Source: an uncultured Gammaproteobacteria bacterium (GTDB lineage Bacteria > Patescibacteriota > Microgenomatia > Levybacterales > GWA1-39-11). From it: a DNA stretch of 64,000 nucleotides. Location of the stretch: NCBI GenBank assembly GCA_964450885.1, contig CAYVFE010000001.1:374572-438571 (forward strand). The letters are read 5' to 3'. The notes beneath the pieces are model-generated. The model was not told the origin of the DNA. It did no database searches and saw nothing but the letters and a program-made list of their open reading frames with translations. Below, piece after piece: positions 56,344 through 64,000 of this stretch; the first letter of the stretch is position 1, and the number at the start of each line of letters is the position of its first letter. The position numbers and the translations under genes were made by a program.

Positions 56344-57599
56344 GAGAAAAGGCAAAATCTATAATAAAACATCCGCTAATTTCAGGAAGTATTCTTGTGT
56401 CCGGTGGGTCACTTTTTGCTAATTTTTTGAGCTTTTTGTTCAACATATTTATAAGTAGGAATCTATCCGTAAATGATTATGGGACAGTTGCTAGTCTTAT
56501 TGCGATAATCAACCTGTTTGGAATTTCGGCTGGAGCAATAAATCCTACCATTATAAGTTTTACAGGGCCCAGTTTTCTTGAAAAGAAATATTCATATATC
56601 CGAGGCGTCTATCTAAGGATTGCTAAGCCATTTCTCGCTATTGGTGCTATTATTTTATTGGTCTTTCTAGTGTTCAACGAACAGATTGCCCTTTTTTTGA
56701 ACATATCAGAAGGGAAGAGTTTGATAATAGTCGCTGCTTTCATAATTTTTATAAGTTTTGCTAGCGTTTTAAACCTTGCATTGATTCAATCCAAATTATC
56801 ATTCACTCTTTTTTCATTCCTAAATATTTTGGCAGCGGGTTTGAAGCTGATTTTGGGAGCTGTTTTTGTTCTGATGGGTTTTAGTTCATTTGGTGTCATG
56901 ATAGGAATACTGATATCTTACATGCTCCCATACCTGTTTGGATTTAACTATCTGAGGTTTTTGTTTAATGGAGGCGTTTCTGATGTGAAGGTAGACTTTG
57001 GTGATATCGTTAGATATGCTGCCCCTTCAGGAGTAGCGCTTCTCTCGCTTACAGCGATAACCTCGACCGATCTACTTCTTGTAAAACACCTTTTTGATCC
57101 TCAAACAGCTGGAGTATATGCAGGCCTGTCTCTTATCGGAAAAGTGATTTTCTTTTTTACAGCACCTATTGGGATAGTTATGTTTCCCCTTATGGCAAGA
57201 AAGCACGATAATAATGAACACCACGGCAAGATCATGCCAGCATCGCTTTTTCTGGTTGGTATGGCATCGTTCGGGATAACATTATTCTACTTTCTTTTCC
57301 CGGAATTTATCATTAATATGTTCTTAAAGAACACTTTATATCTCTCCGCAACACCATACTTAGGATTATTTGGGATCTTTATTTCTATATATTCGTTGTG
57401 TTCTATAATGATGTACTATTTTCTTTCAATTAAAAAAACCTGGATTTATAAGCCTATACTCTTGGCAGCACTTTTTCAGGGGGTCGCTATATATTTGTTC
57501 CACAGCACTTTTTATGATGTAATTTTTATATCAATTTTTTCTGTAACGTTACTATTTATTTTCTTAATCTCATATTACCGTTTTGGTAAAAGAGATTAA
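56340..57599 (+). CDS. Oligosaccharide flippase, MOP superfamily (Wzx-like), copy 2
   Basis: 419 aa with ~12 TM helices. The N-terminus is typical of polysaccharide biosynthesis proteins. Confidence 0.65.
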   Translation: MREKAKSIIKHPLISGSILVSGGSLFANFLSFLFNIFISRNLSVNDYGTVASLIAIINLFGISAGAINPTIISFTGPSFLEKKYSYIRGVYLRIAKPFLAIGAIILLVFLVFNEQIALFLNISEGKSLIIVAAFIIFISFASVLNLALIQSKLSFTLFSFLNILAAGLKLILGAVFVLMGFSSFGVMIGILISYMLPYLFGFNYLRFLFNGGVSDVKVDFGDIVRYAAPSGVALLSLTAITSTDLLLVKHLFDPQTAGVYAGLSLIGKVIFFFTAPIGIVMFPLMARKHDNNEHHGKIMPASLFLVGMASFGITLFYFLFPEFIINMFLKNTLYLSATPYLGLFGIFISIYSLCSIMMYYFLSIKKTWIYKPILLAALFQGVAIYLFHSTFYDVIFISIFSVTLLFIFLISYYRFGKRD

Positions 57600-57647
57600 T
57601 ATATGTAAGTTTACTTTTTCCTTTGCTATACTATCCACATACAAAAA

Positions 57648-58418
57648 ATGAAAAATAGCCATGCGAGTATTTCACTAGTAATACCTGCTTACAAGCAGGA
57701 GAAAACTATCCAAAAAGATCTCACAAATATAGAGAATGTTCTGGATACATTAAAAATACAATACGAAATTATCGTAATAATAGATGGCAAATTCGATAAA
57801 ACATTTCAGAAAATTAAATCTTTGAGTCGCGATAAATTAAGCGTAGTACAGCTCGATAAAAATTATGGGAAGGGATATGCTGTCCGAAAAGGAGTAGAGA
57901 AAGCGAGTGGAGATATTATCGGATTTTTGGATGCAGGAATGGATATCGATCCAAATGGAATACAGATGCTTTTAAATCATATGGTGTGGTACGATGCGGA
58001 TATTATAGTTGGAAGCAAGCTTCATCCCGTTTCTCAAGTAGAATACCCCTTTTTTAGAAAAGTTTTATCGTGGGGTTATAGAACTTTTACCCACATACTT
58101 TTTGGTTTTAAGATTCGCGATACGCAGGTGGGTATGAAACTGTTTAAGAAAAAAACCGCAAAGGACGTTTTTAGCAGATCTTTGGTTAAGGATTTTGCCT
58201 TCGATGTAGAAGTATTAGCTCTTGCCTACACTCTGGGTTATAAGAAAATATACGAAGCTCCTATAAAGCTGGAGTTAAATAAAAAATCTTCAATATCTAC
58301 ATTAAATTTCTGGAAGATTGTATTAAAAATGTTTTGGGACACATTGGCGATTTATTACAGATTAAAGATCAGGCAATATTACAAAAATAGTAATAAGAAA
58401 AACTGGATTTCGGAATGA
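57648..58418 (+). CDS. GT2 polyprenol-phosphate glycosyltransferase (DPM1-like), copy 4
   Basis: Carries ISLVIPAYKQEKTI…IIVIIDG…LDAGMDIDP. Confidence 0.75.
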   Translation: MKNSHASISLVIPAYKQEKTIQKDLTNIENVLDTLKIQYEIIVIIDGKFDKTFQKIKSLSRDKLSVVQLDKNYGKGYAVRKGVEKASGDIIGFLDAGMDIDPNGIQMLLNHMVWYDADIIVGSKLHPVSQVEYPFFRKVLSWGYRTFTHILFGFKIRDTQVGMKLFKKKTAKDVFSRSLVKDFAFDVEVLALAYTLGYKKIYEAPIKLELNKKSSISTLNFWKIVLKMFWDTLAIYYRLKIRQYYKNSNKKNWISE

Positions 58419-59524
58419 ATATATTAATTCTAAACTGGAGGGATATTAAAAACCCTAAAGGTGGTGGTGCAGAGGTCCTCACGCATGAGATTGCAAAAGG
58501 GCTTGTAAAAAAGGGCAATAATGTAACTCAGTTCAGCTCTCTATTTAAAGGTGGAAAGAAAAAAGAAACTATAGACGGGGTAGAGGTTGTGCGTCGTGGT
58601 AGACCAGATGTAAGACATATTTTCTCATCAGTTCATTTTGAGGCATACAAATTCTATAAGAAAAATAAAGGAAAGTACGACCTGGTAATTGATGAAGTGC
58701 ATGGGGTGCCCTTCTTTACACCACTTTATGTAAAAGAGAAAAAGGTGGCTCTTATCTGTGAAGTTGCAGGGGGCATATGGGATATTACATTTAGTTTTCC
58801 TTTCAATCATCTGGGAAAGGCTATCGAGAAGATTTATCCACGATTTTATAGTGGCATTCAGGTTGTTACGATTTCTAATTCCTCAAAAGAAGCACTGGTA
58901 GATTTGGGCTTTGTTAAAGCGCTTGTAAGTGTAATCCCTTTAGGATGTAGCGTGCCGATAATTGAGAAAAAACCTAGTAAGAATAACAATAAAACTCTAA
59001 TTTTTGTTAGTAGGCTTACAAAGTCAAAAGGAATAGAGGATGCATTGAGGGCTGTACATATTCTAAAAGATAAGTATTCCGACATAAAGCTACTTATAAT
59101 TGGGCGAGGAGATGATGAATATGTCTCTACGCTTCGTGACTTGATAGAAAAATTAGGAATAAAGAATAATATTGAGTTTAAAGGGTTTGTTTCGGAAAAA
59201 AATAAATGGAAATTTTTGGAAGAGGCGCACATTCTGCTTGCTCCATCATCCAAAGAAGGGTGGGGGCTTACTATCCACGAAGCAGGTAGCAGAGGTACGC
59301 CCGCAATTGGATACAATGTAGAGGGGTTGCGTGATGTAATAGTGGATAATAAAAATGGTATTCTTTGTAGAAAGAATAACTTTAAGGAGCTCGCGGCAAA
59401 TGTCGATAAATTATTATCAGATAGCAAACTATACAAGAGGCTTCAAGATGGGTCGATTGAAGAGCGACGAAAGTTTTCATGGGATAGGACGAGAAGAGAA
59501 TTTATTGATATTATTAGTAGATAG
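58415..59524 (+). CDS. GT4 glycosyltransferase
   Basis: The N-terminus reads ILILNWRDIKNPKGGGAEV. The C-terminus reads PSSKEGWGLTIHEAGSRGTPAIGYNVEGLRDVI. Confidence 0.8.
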   Translation: MNILILNWRDIKNPKGGGAEVLTHEIAKGLVKKGNNVTQFSSLFKGGKKKETIDGVEVVRRGRPDVRHIFSSVHFEAYKFYKKNKGKYDLVIDEVHGVPFFTPLYVKEKKVALICEVAGGIWDITFSFPFNHLGKAIEKIYPRFYSGIQVVTISNSSKEALVDLGFVKALVSVIPLGCSVPIIEKKPSKNNNKTLIFVSRLTKSKGIEDALRAVHILKDKYSDIKLLIIGRGDDEYVSTLRDLIEKLGIKNNIEFKGFVSEKNKWKFLEEAHILLAPSSKEGWGLTIHEAGSRGTPAIGYNVEGLRDVIVDNKNGILCRKNNFKELAANVDKLLSDSKLYKRLQDGSIEERRKFSWDRTRREFIDIISR

Positions 59525-60841
59525 ATGCTGTTAATAAGAAAGAATTTTATCTGGATATTATTGGTTCTGGTTTTTTGTGTTGGTTTTTTTCTTCGGGATG
59601 ACAACATCAATACATGGCCGAGATTGGGCGCTACATTTGATGAATATGCGTGGACATGGCAGGGAATGAACTTAATTCAGACTGGTGTTCCCCAGTCCTG
59701 GTCTCCTCACCCACAGTATGAGGAATTTTATATTACTAAATATCACGATGCTTACTTTAGGGTAGTTACTCCATTTCTCGAGCATCCTCCTGTCTTTGGT
59801 TTGGTTGCTGGGTCTTTTGCGATACTAAGCGGAGTAGAGGATATGTATAGTCTTAGTATTTCGGATATAAGACCATTGGCGCTTGCCTTAGGTCTAGTCA
59901 GTATCGGGCTGGTTTTTCTGTTAACGAAAGAACTATATGACAAAAAAACGGCATTGATTGCCTCTGGTCTCTACGCAGTAATTCCTACTATTGTTGTTGG
60001 ATCAAGGATAGTTCAGAATGAAAACTTTTTTATTCCTGCATGGTTACTCTCTTTATATTTGATCGCAAGGTACATAAAGACCAAAAAAACTAAATATAGA
60101 AATATTGCCGCTATTATCTGTGGAATATTAGTTCTAGCAAAAATTCCCTGGATTGCTGCTGCAGGCTCTATATTTTTGATTCTTCTGTACCTCAAAAAAT
60201 ACAAAGATGCTACTCTCTTTGTTGTAGCACCTATTGTAGGACTTCTAGTTTTTGTCGCTTATGGTATTTATTATGATGCAGAGCTGTTTTTAAATTTGTG
60301 GGGACTTCAGATTGCCCGATATGACCTAGCATTTACCAGCTTTTTTGCCCTTTTTCAAAAACCATATCTGGTCGACAGATTTTTTCTAGATGGGTGGATC
60401 TATTTTGGGTGGTTTGCTTTCGTTCTATTATTAGTTGATTTCAAAAAACATTATTTGATTGTGCTAGCATTACTGTCTTATTTCGTGATTTTTGTAGCTG
60501 GTATCCCGGATGAGCCAGGACATGGGTGGTATAGATATCCATTTTATCCATTTCTGACTATTTCTTTAGCACTCTTTATAAAGGAATATTTTAATAAGAA
60601 TTACATTCTTACTTTTTTGTTTTTACTATTTGTAGGCTTATCTATGTTAGAGACTTCATGGACACATATATTCGGATTTTCATTTCTTTTATTTAGAGGA
60701 TTTATCGTATTGTGCGGATTATCGCTTTTGCCATTATTTTTCCCTAAAACAAGAAAAATATCCGGGTATATAAGCTATGCTACTTTAGCTATGATAATTG
60801 CTCTGAGTATGGTGTCGGTGTTGTTATATAATGAGCAATAA
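59525..60841 (+). CDS. GT-C-like polytopic membrane glycosyltransferase (PMT_2/ArnT superfamily-like)
   Basis: Carries GATFDEYAWTWQG (DE motif) and ~11 TM helices. Confidence 0.5.
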   Translation: MLLIRKNFIWILLVLVFCVGFFLRDDNINTWPRLGATFDEYAWTWQGMNLIQTGVPQSWSPHPQYEEFYITKYHDAYFRVVTPFLEHPPVFGLVAGSFAILSGVEDMYSLSISDIRPLALALGLVSIGLVFLLTKELYDKKTALIASGLYAVIPTIVVGSRIVQNENFFIPAWLLSLYLIARYIKTKKTKYRNIAAIICGILVLAKIPWIAAAGSIFLILLYLKKYKDATLFVVAPIVGLLVFVAYGIYYDAELFLNLWGLQIARYDLAFTSFFALFQKPYLVDRFFLDGWIYFGWFAFVLLLVDFKKHYLIVLALLSYFVIFVAGIPDEPGHGWYRYPFYPFLTISLALFIKEYFNKNYILTFLFLLFVGLSMLETSWTHIFGFSFLLFRGFIVLCGLSLLPLFFPKTRKISGYISYATLAMIIALSMVSVLLYNEQ

Positions 60842-60861
60842 ATGATTTACTGTAAAATTAA

Positions 60862-61902
60862 ATGAATAAAGAAAACTCATCGAAATTATTGCCCACGGTT
60901 ACAATAATCATTATTACTTGGAATGTTGAAAGGACTATCGAGGGAGTACTGAAGACGATTGAGATGCAGGACTACCCTAAGAAATTAGTTGACATCCTAG
61001 TTGTTGATGGTAATTCAACTGATGATACTTTAAAGATACTGAGTAAAAAAAGGACAATTCCGCTGAGGGTTGTGCAAAGCGAATATCCAAAAGATCCAGA
61101 GGCTTGTAGAGGAGTAGGGTTAAGACATGCAAAGGGAGAGATAATCTGTTTTATAGATGCTGATAATTATCTACCAAATAAGGGTTGGTTAAGAAAAATG
61201 ATAAAACCTTTTATAAATCACGCTGAAATCGTTGGAACTGAAACGATAAGGTTTGGTTATAGAAGGAGTGATAACTATTTAAATAGATACTTTGCATTGA
61301 TTGGTTCTGCAGATCCCGTTGGTCTATATTTGGGCAAAGCAGACAAGTTATCTTATATTTCGGACAAATGGTCGATATATGGTAATGTCATATACAGCGA
61401 GAAGGATTATTTTCTGGTAACATTTAGCACTCACCAATTTCCCACCTTAGGATCCAATGGATTCTGTGCGAGGAGAAAATTGCTATTAAAGGCAAAATCG
61501 GACCCGACGAACTACTTCCATATAGATGTGCCGTTGGACTTAGCAGTCCTAGGATACTCTACATATGGCGTTGTGCGGGAAACGATAATACATGATACTG
61601 CCACAACCCTTTGGAGTTTCATAACGAAGAGAGCTAACTACATGAAGCTGCATTATCAGAGCAGAGCAGCTGACAGAAGGTATAGAGTCTTTGATCCATC
61701 AAGAACTGAAGATCTGGTAAGAATAGTTTTGTTTATATTCTTTTCACTTACTTTTATCCAGCCGTTGTATGTATCACTAAAGGGTTATATAAAAAAGCCA
61801 GATCCTGCTTGGTTCATACATCCCATATTTTGCTTTTCAATTATGTCAGTCTATTCGTATGCAGTATTAAAAAAGCTTACTTTCTCATATTTAAACAAAT
61901 GA
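60862..61902 (+). CDS. GT2 glycosyltransferase
   Basis: Carries VTIIIITWNVERTIE…ILVVDGNSTDDT…IDADN. Confidence 0.75.
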   Translation: MNKENSSKLLPTVTIIIITWNVERTIEGVLKTIEMQDYPKKLVDILVVDGNSTDDTLKILSKKRTIPLRVVQSEYPKDPEACRGVGLRHAKGEIICFIDADNYLPNKGWLRKMIKPFINHAEIVGTETIRFGYRRSDNYLNRYFALIGSADPVGLYLGKADKLSYISDKWSIYGNVIYSEKDYFLVTFSTHQFPTLGSNGFCARRKLLLKAKSDPTNYFHIDVPLDLAVLGYSTYGVVRETIIHDTATTLWSFITKRANYMKLHYQSRAADRRYRVFDPSRTEDLVRIVLFIFFSLTFIQPLYVSLKGYIKKPDPAWFIHPIFCFSIMSVYSYAVLKKLTFSYLNK

Positions 61903-63065
61903 TAAATCTGGTCAAATCAACATTCTTTAATGAAAGAGATACTAAAGAAAAGCTTAGTAAATTTATACTCAAATCAGAAAAGTTGAGTTTTGGAGAAGAA
62001 TGTGAAAAATTTGAAGTTAATTTTGCTAAATATCAGGGAAGGAAAAACTGTGTTTTCGTCAATAGTGGAAGTTCAGCAAACCTAGCATTAGTTCAGTCTT
62101 TGCTCAATTTGGGAAGGATTAAGAGAGGTGATAATATAGGTTTTTCTGCATTGACCTGGAGCACAAATGTAATGCCATTAATTCAGCTAAATCTTAATGC
62201 AATTCCTGTAGATGTGGAATTAGATACTCTAAATGTATCGAGCAAAAAATTACTGGATGTTCTTAAGACAACAAAGCTAAAGGTTATATTTTTAACAAAC
62301 GCTTTGGGTTTTTGTGATGATATAGATTTGATACGCGAGGTGTGTGATAAGCGAAAAATAATCCTACTTGAAGATAATTGTGAGTCTTTAGGAACTGTTT
62401 ATAAAGGTAAGAAGCTCGGAAATTTTGGTCTCGCTAGCACTTTCTCATTTTACGTGGGTCATCATATGTCCACCATAGAAGGAGGAGCTATATGTACCGA
62501 TGATGATGAGTTGGCTACGATGCTTAGGCTAGTTAGGGCCCATGGGTGGGACAGGAATCTTACATTTGCAAAGCAAGATGAGATTAGAAAAAAATATAAG
62601 ATTAACTCAACATTTTACTCCAGGTATACATTTTATGACTTGGGGTATAATTTTAGACCTACAGAGATAAATGGTTTCATCGGGAATATACAGCTGAGAT
62701 ATATAGAAAAGGTAAATAAAAGAAGGAACAAAAATTTCCTGGATATAGCAAAAAAAATTATTACTAATGATAACTATTACCTATTAAGACATTCACATAT
62801 AGACTTCGTATCTAATTTCTCGTTTCCTATTATCTGTAAGAATAAAGAAGTTCGAGATAAATTAGTAAAAAAATGTGATCAAGTGGTAGAAATTCGTCCT
62901 ATTATAGGAGGCGATATAACAAGTCAGCCCTTTTTTAAGAAATACATGAATGGGAAGTATCCAATTAAGAATGCTAATTTAGTTCATGAGCAGGGATTAT
63001 ATTTTGGAAATAATCCGGAATTAACGAAAGTAGAGATAGATATTATTACAAGCATCTTTGCATAG
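61899..63065 (+). CDS. DegT/DnrJ/EryC1/StrS-family PLP-dependent sugar aminotransferase
   Basis: Carries VNSGSSANLALV…LLEDNCESLG…FSFYVGHHMSTIEGG (PLP-Lys region). The ATG at 61899 overlaps the upstream TGA (ATGA); the tracked start at 61809 is an upstream extension. Confidence 0.8.
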   Translation: MINLVKSTFFNERDTKEKLSKFILKSEKLSFGEECEKFEVNFAKYQGRKNCVFVNSGSSANLALVQSLLNLGRIKRGDNIGFSALTWSTNVMPLIQLNLNAIPVDVELDTLNVSSKKLLDVLKTTKLKVIFLTNALGFCDDIDLIREVCDKRKIILLEDNCESLGTVYKGKKLGNFGLASTFSFYVGHHMSTIEGGAICTDDDELATMLRLVRAHGWDRNLTFAKQDEIRKKYKINSTFYSRYTFYDLGYNFRPTEINGFIGNIQLRYIEKVNKRRNKNFLDIAKKIITNDNYYLLRHSHIDFVSNFSFPIICKNKEVRDKLVKKCDQVVEIRPIIGGDITSQPFFKKYMNGKYPIKNANLVHEQGLYFGNNPELTKVEIDIITSIFA

Positions 63066-63769
63066 TGAAAAGAATTCTCGAAATCGGATGTGGTCAAGGG
63101 TTCAATACCTACATTCTCTCAAAGAAAGAAAATGGCAAAGTTATAGGCATAGATCTTTCTAGCGATGACATAAACATTGCTAAAAAGAGATATCCAAAGG
63201 TGAGTTTTAAAGTAATGAGTGCGCAAGATTTGAAATTTAAAAGTAAAAGCTTTGACATGGTTTACGCGATGGAAGTGCTTGAGCATGTTGACGATATCGG
63301 GAAAACGCTAGACGAAGTATCTAGAGTTCTGGATTCGTCTGGCAAATTTGTTGTGAGCATTCCCTTCTATAAGTCAGAAAAATGGCTTGCAAAGTTAAGA
63401 CCTACTTATTTTAAAGAAATACATCATGTAAGAGTTTTTAAGGAAGAAGAATTGGAGAATCTTTGCAAGAAACGGAAGCTGACATTAAAAAAGAAAAAAA
63501 GGGTCGGATTCCTCCAGCATATTGAATTGTTCTTTCTATTCAAAAGAAAGATTAAGTCTAAAACGCAATTAAGCATAGGGAGTTGGAGAGATAATATATA
63601 TACAAAAATGCTGCACGCTTGCATGTTATATTTTAGTCCTATTTCTTTGCAGACACCTTTAAGGCTTTTTCCTATATGGATAATTACCATACCTGCAGGA
63701 TACATTTTGGACAAGCTGGGGAGCAGAGTATTCCCTAAGTCTTTATATTATGAATTTGAGAAGAAATAA
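63065..63769 (+). CDS. Class I SAM-dependent methyltransferase
   Basis: Motif I (ILEIGCGQG), motif II (VIGIDLS) and motif III (FDMVYAMEVLEHV) are present. Confidence 0.75.
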   Translation: MKRILEIGCGQGFNTYILSKKENGKVIGIDLSSDDINIAKKRYPKVSFKVMSAQDLKFKSKSFDMVYAMEVLEHVDDIGKTLDEVSRVLDSSGKFVVSIPFYKSEKWLAKLRPTYFKEIHHVRVFKEEELENLCKKRKLTLKKKKRVGFLQHIELFFLFKRKIKSKTQLSIGSWRDNIYTKMLHACMLYFSPISLQTPLRLFPIWIITIPAGYILDKLGSRVFPKSLYYEFEKK

Positions 63770-64000
63770 CGATTTAGTTTCAGCAATTATTGTTAACTGG
63801 AATGGTAAACAGTGGTTAAGTAAATGCCTAAAATCTTTAGAGGAACAAACATATAAAAATATAGAAATTATAGTTGTTGATAATGCTTCAGTTGATGATT
63901 CAGAAGGATACATAAATAAGGAATTCCCTAAGGTGAAAGTAATTAGATCTAAGACAAACTTGGGGTTTCCAACAGCAAACAATGTTGGTGTAAGTTCAGC
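63750..64000 (+). CDS. GT2 glycosyltransferase (3'-partial; continues past the window end)
   Basis: Carries SAIIVNWNGKQWL…IEIIVVDNASVDDS… The frame is still open at nt 64000. Confidence 0.7.
   Translation, partial: MNLRRNNDLVSAIIVNWNGKQWLSKCLKSLEEQTYKNIEIIVVDNASVDDSEGYINKEFPKVKVIRSKTNLGFPTANNVGVSS

Noticed and set aside
58858-59436. 192-aa minus-strand ORF inside the GT4 gene
   Set aside because: It is antisense to a GT4 with intact signature motifs and has no start context.
1-64000. Alternative genetic code (UGA = Gly, code 25, as in some CPR lineages)
   Set aside because: Many well-supported genes terminate exactly at TGA where homolog lengths predict, for example the DegT/GT2 ATGA overlaps, the 30244 overlap and the end of the 23510 ORF. 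No conserved domain is interrupted by TGA, so code 11 fits.
24330-64000. Classical Wzx/Wzy O-antigen or capsule locus
   Set aside because: No initiating phosphoglycosyltransferase (WbaP/WecA-like), Wzy polymerase, Wzz/Wzc or export genes are present in 40 kb. The locus is dominated instead by GT-C-type transferases and DPM1-like GT2s, which points to periplasmic transfer from polyprenol-P-monosaccharides.
1-64000. CRISPR arrays, IS elements, transposases, integrases
   Set aside because: No regularly spaced direct repeats, no transposase or integrase-like ORFs and no terminal inverted repeats were seen. The only repeat structures are short operator-like palindromes and paralogous genes.

Overview
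This is a low-GC (~33-35%) bacterial segment, tightly packed with short intergenic spacers and many overlapping start/stop codons. The proteins are Lys/Ile-rich and small, which fits a reduced-genome uncultivated bacterium, possibly a CPR/Patescibacteria-like lineage; that placement is inference only. Standard code 11 applies, since TGA terminates genes cleanly. The first ~24 kb holds housekeeping genes. These are secF (5'-partial), a YqeY/GatB-like gene, a CCA-adding enzyme, recJ, an archaeal-type AspRS/AsnRS, a D-Ala-D-Ala carboxypeptidase and gltX. They are followed by a PAP2-like phosphatase beside dgkA, a SemiSWEET, an RRM RNA-binding protein, a CsaA-like tRNA-binding protein and a DEAD-box helicase. 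Then come a Fet4-like small membrane protein, an HxlR regulator divergent from a LutC/LUD protein, DUF488 and a 743-aa LysM/PT-linker surface protein. After these are lon, an ATP-grasp protein, a bPH protein and two minus-strand tRNAs (Gln-CTG and Glu-CTC). From 24.3 kb to the window end (at least 40 kb) lies an almost entirely co-directional, operon-like glycosylation supercluster. It has about 11 GT2 enzymes (4 of them DPM1-like polyprenol-P-sugar synthases) and 3 GT4 enzymes. It has 3 YfhO-family and 3 'PTPS-related' GT-C-like membrane proteins, 5 or more PMT_2/ArnT-like GT-C proteins and 2 Wzx/MOP flippases. It also has galE, a DegT-family sugar aminotransferase and a SAM methyltransferase. 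This looks like a polyprenol-phosphate-sugar-dependent extracytoplasmic glycosylation system of unusual paralog depth, and it is the main finding. Other observations are a recurring TGnTAnAnT -10 element 6-9 nt upstream of ATG, suggesting leaderless mRNAs, and a DUF3467 gene with an apparent ATA start behind a strong SD. A start-proximal hairpin that sequesters the SD is also reported. A palindromic HxlR operator pair and a small islet beside tRNA-Glu, in which a CDS overlaps the tRNA, complete the list.
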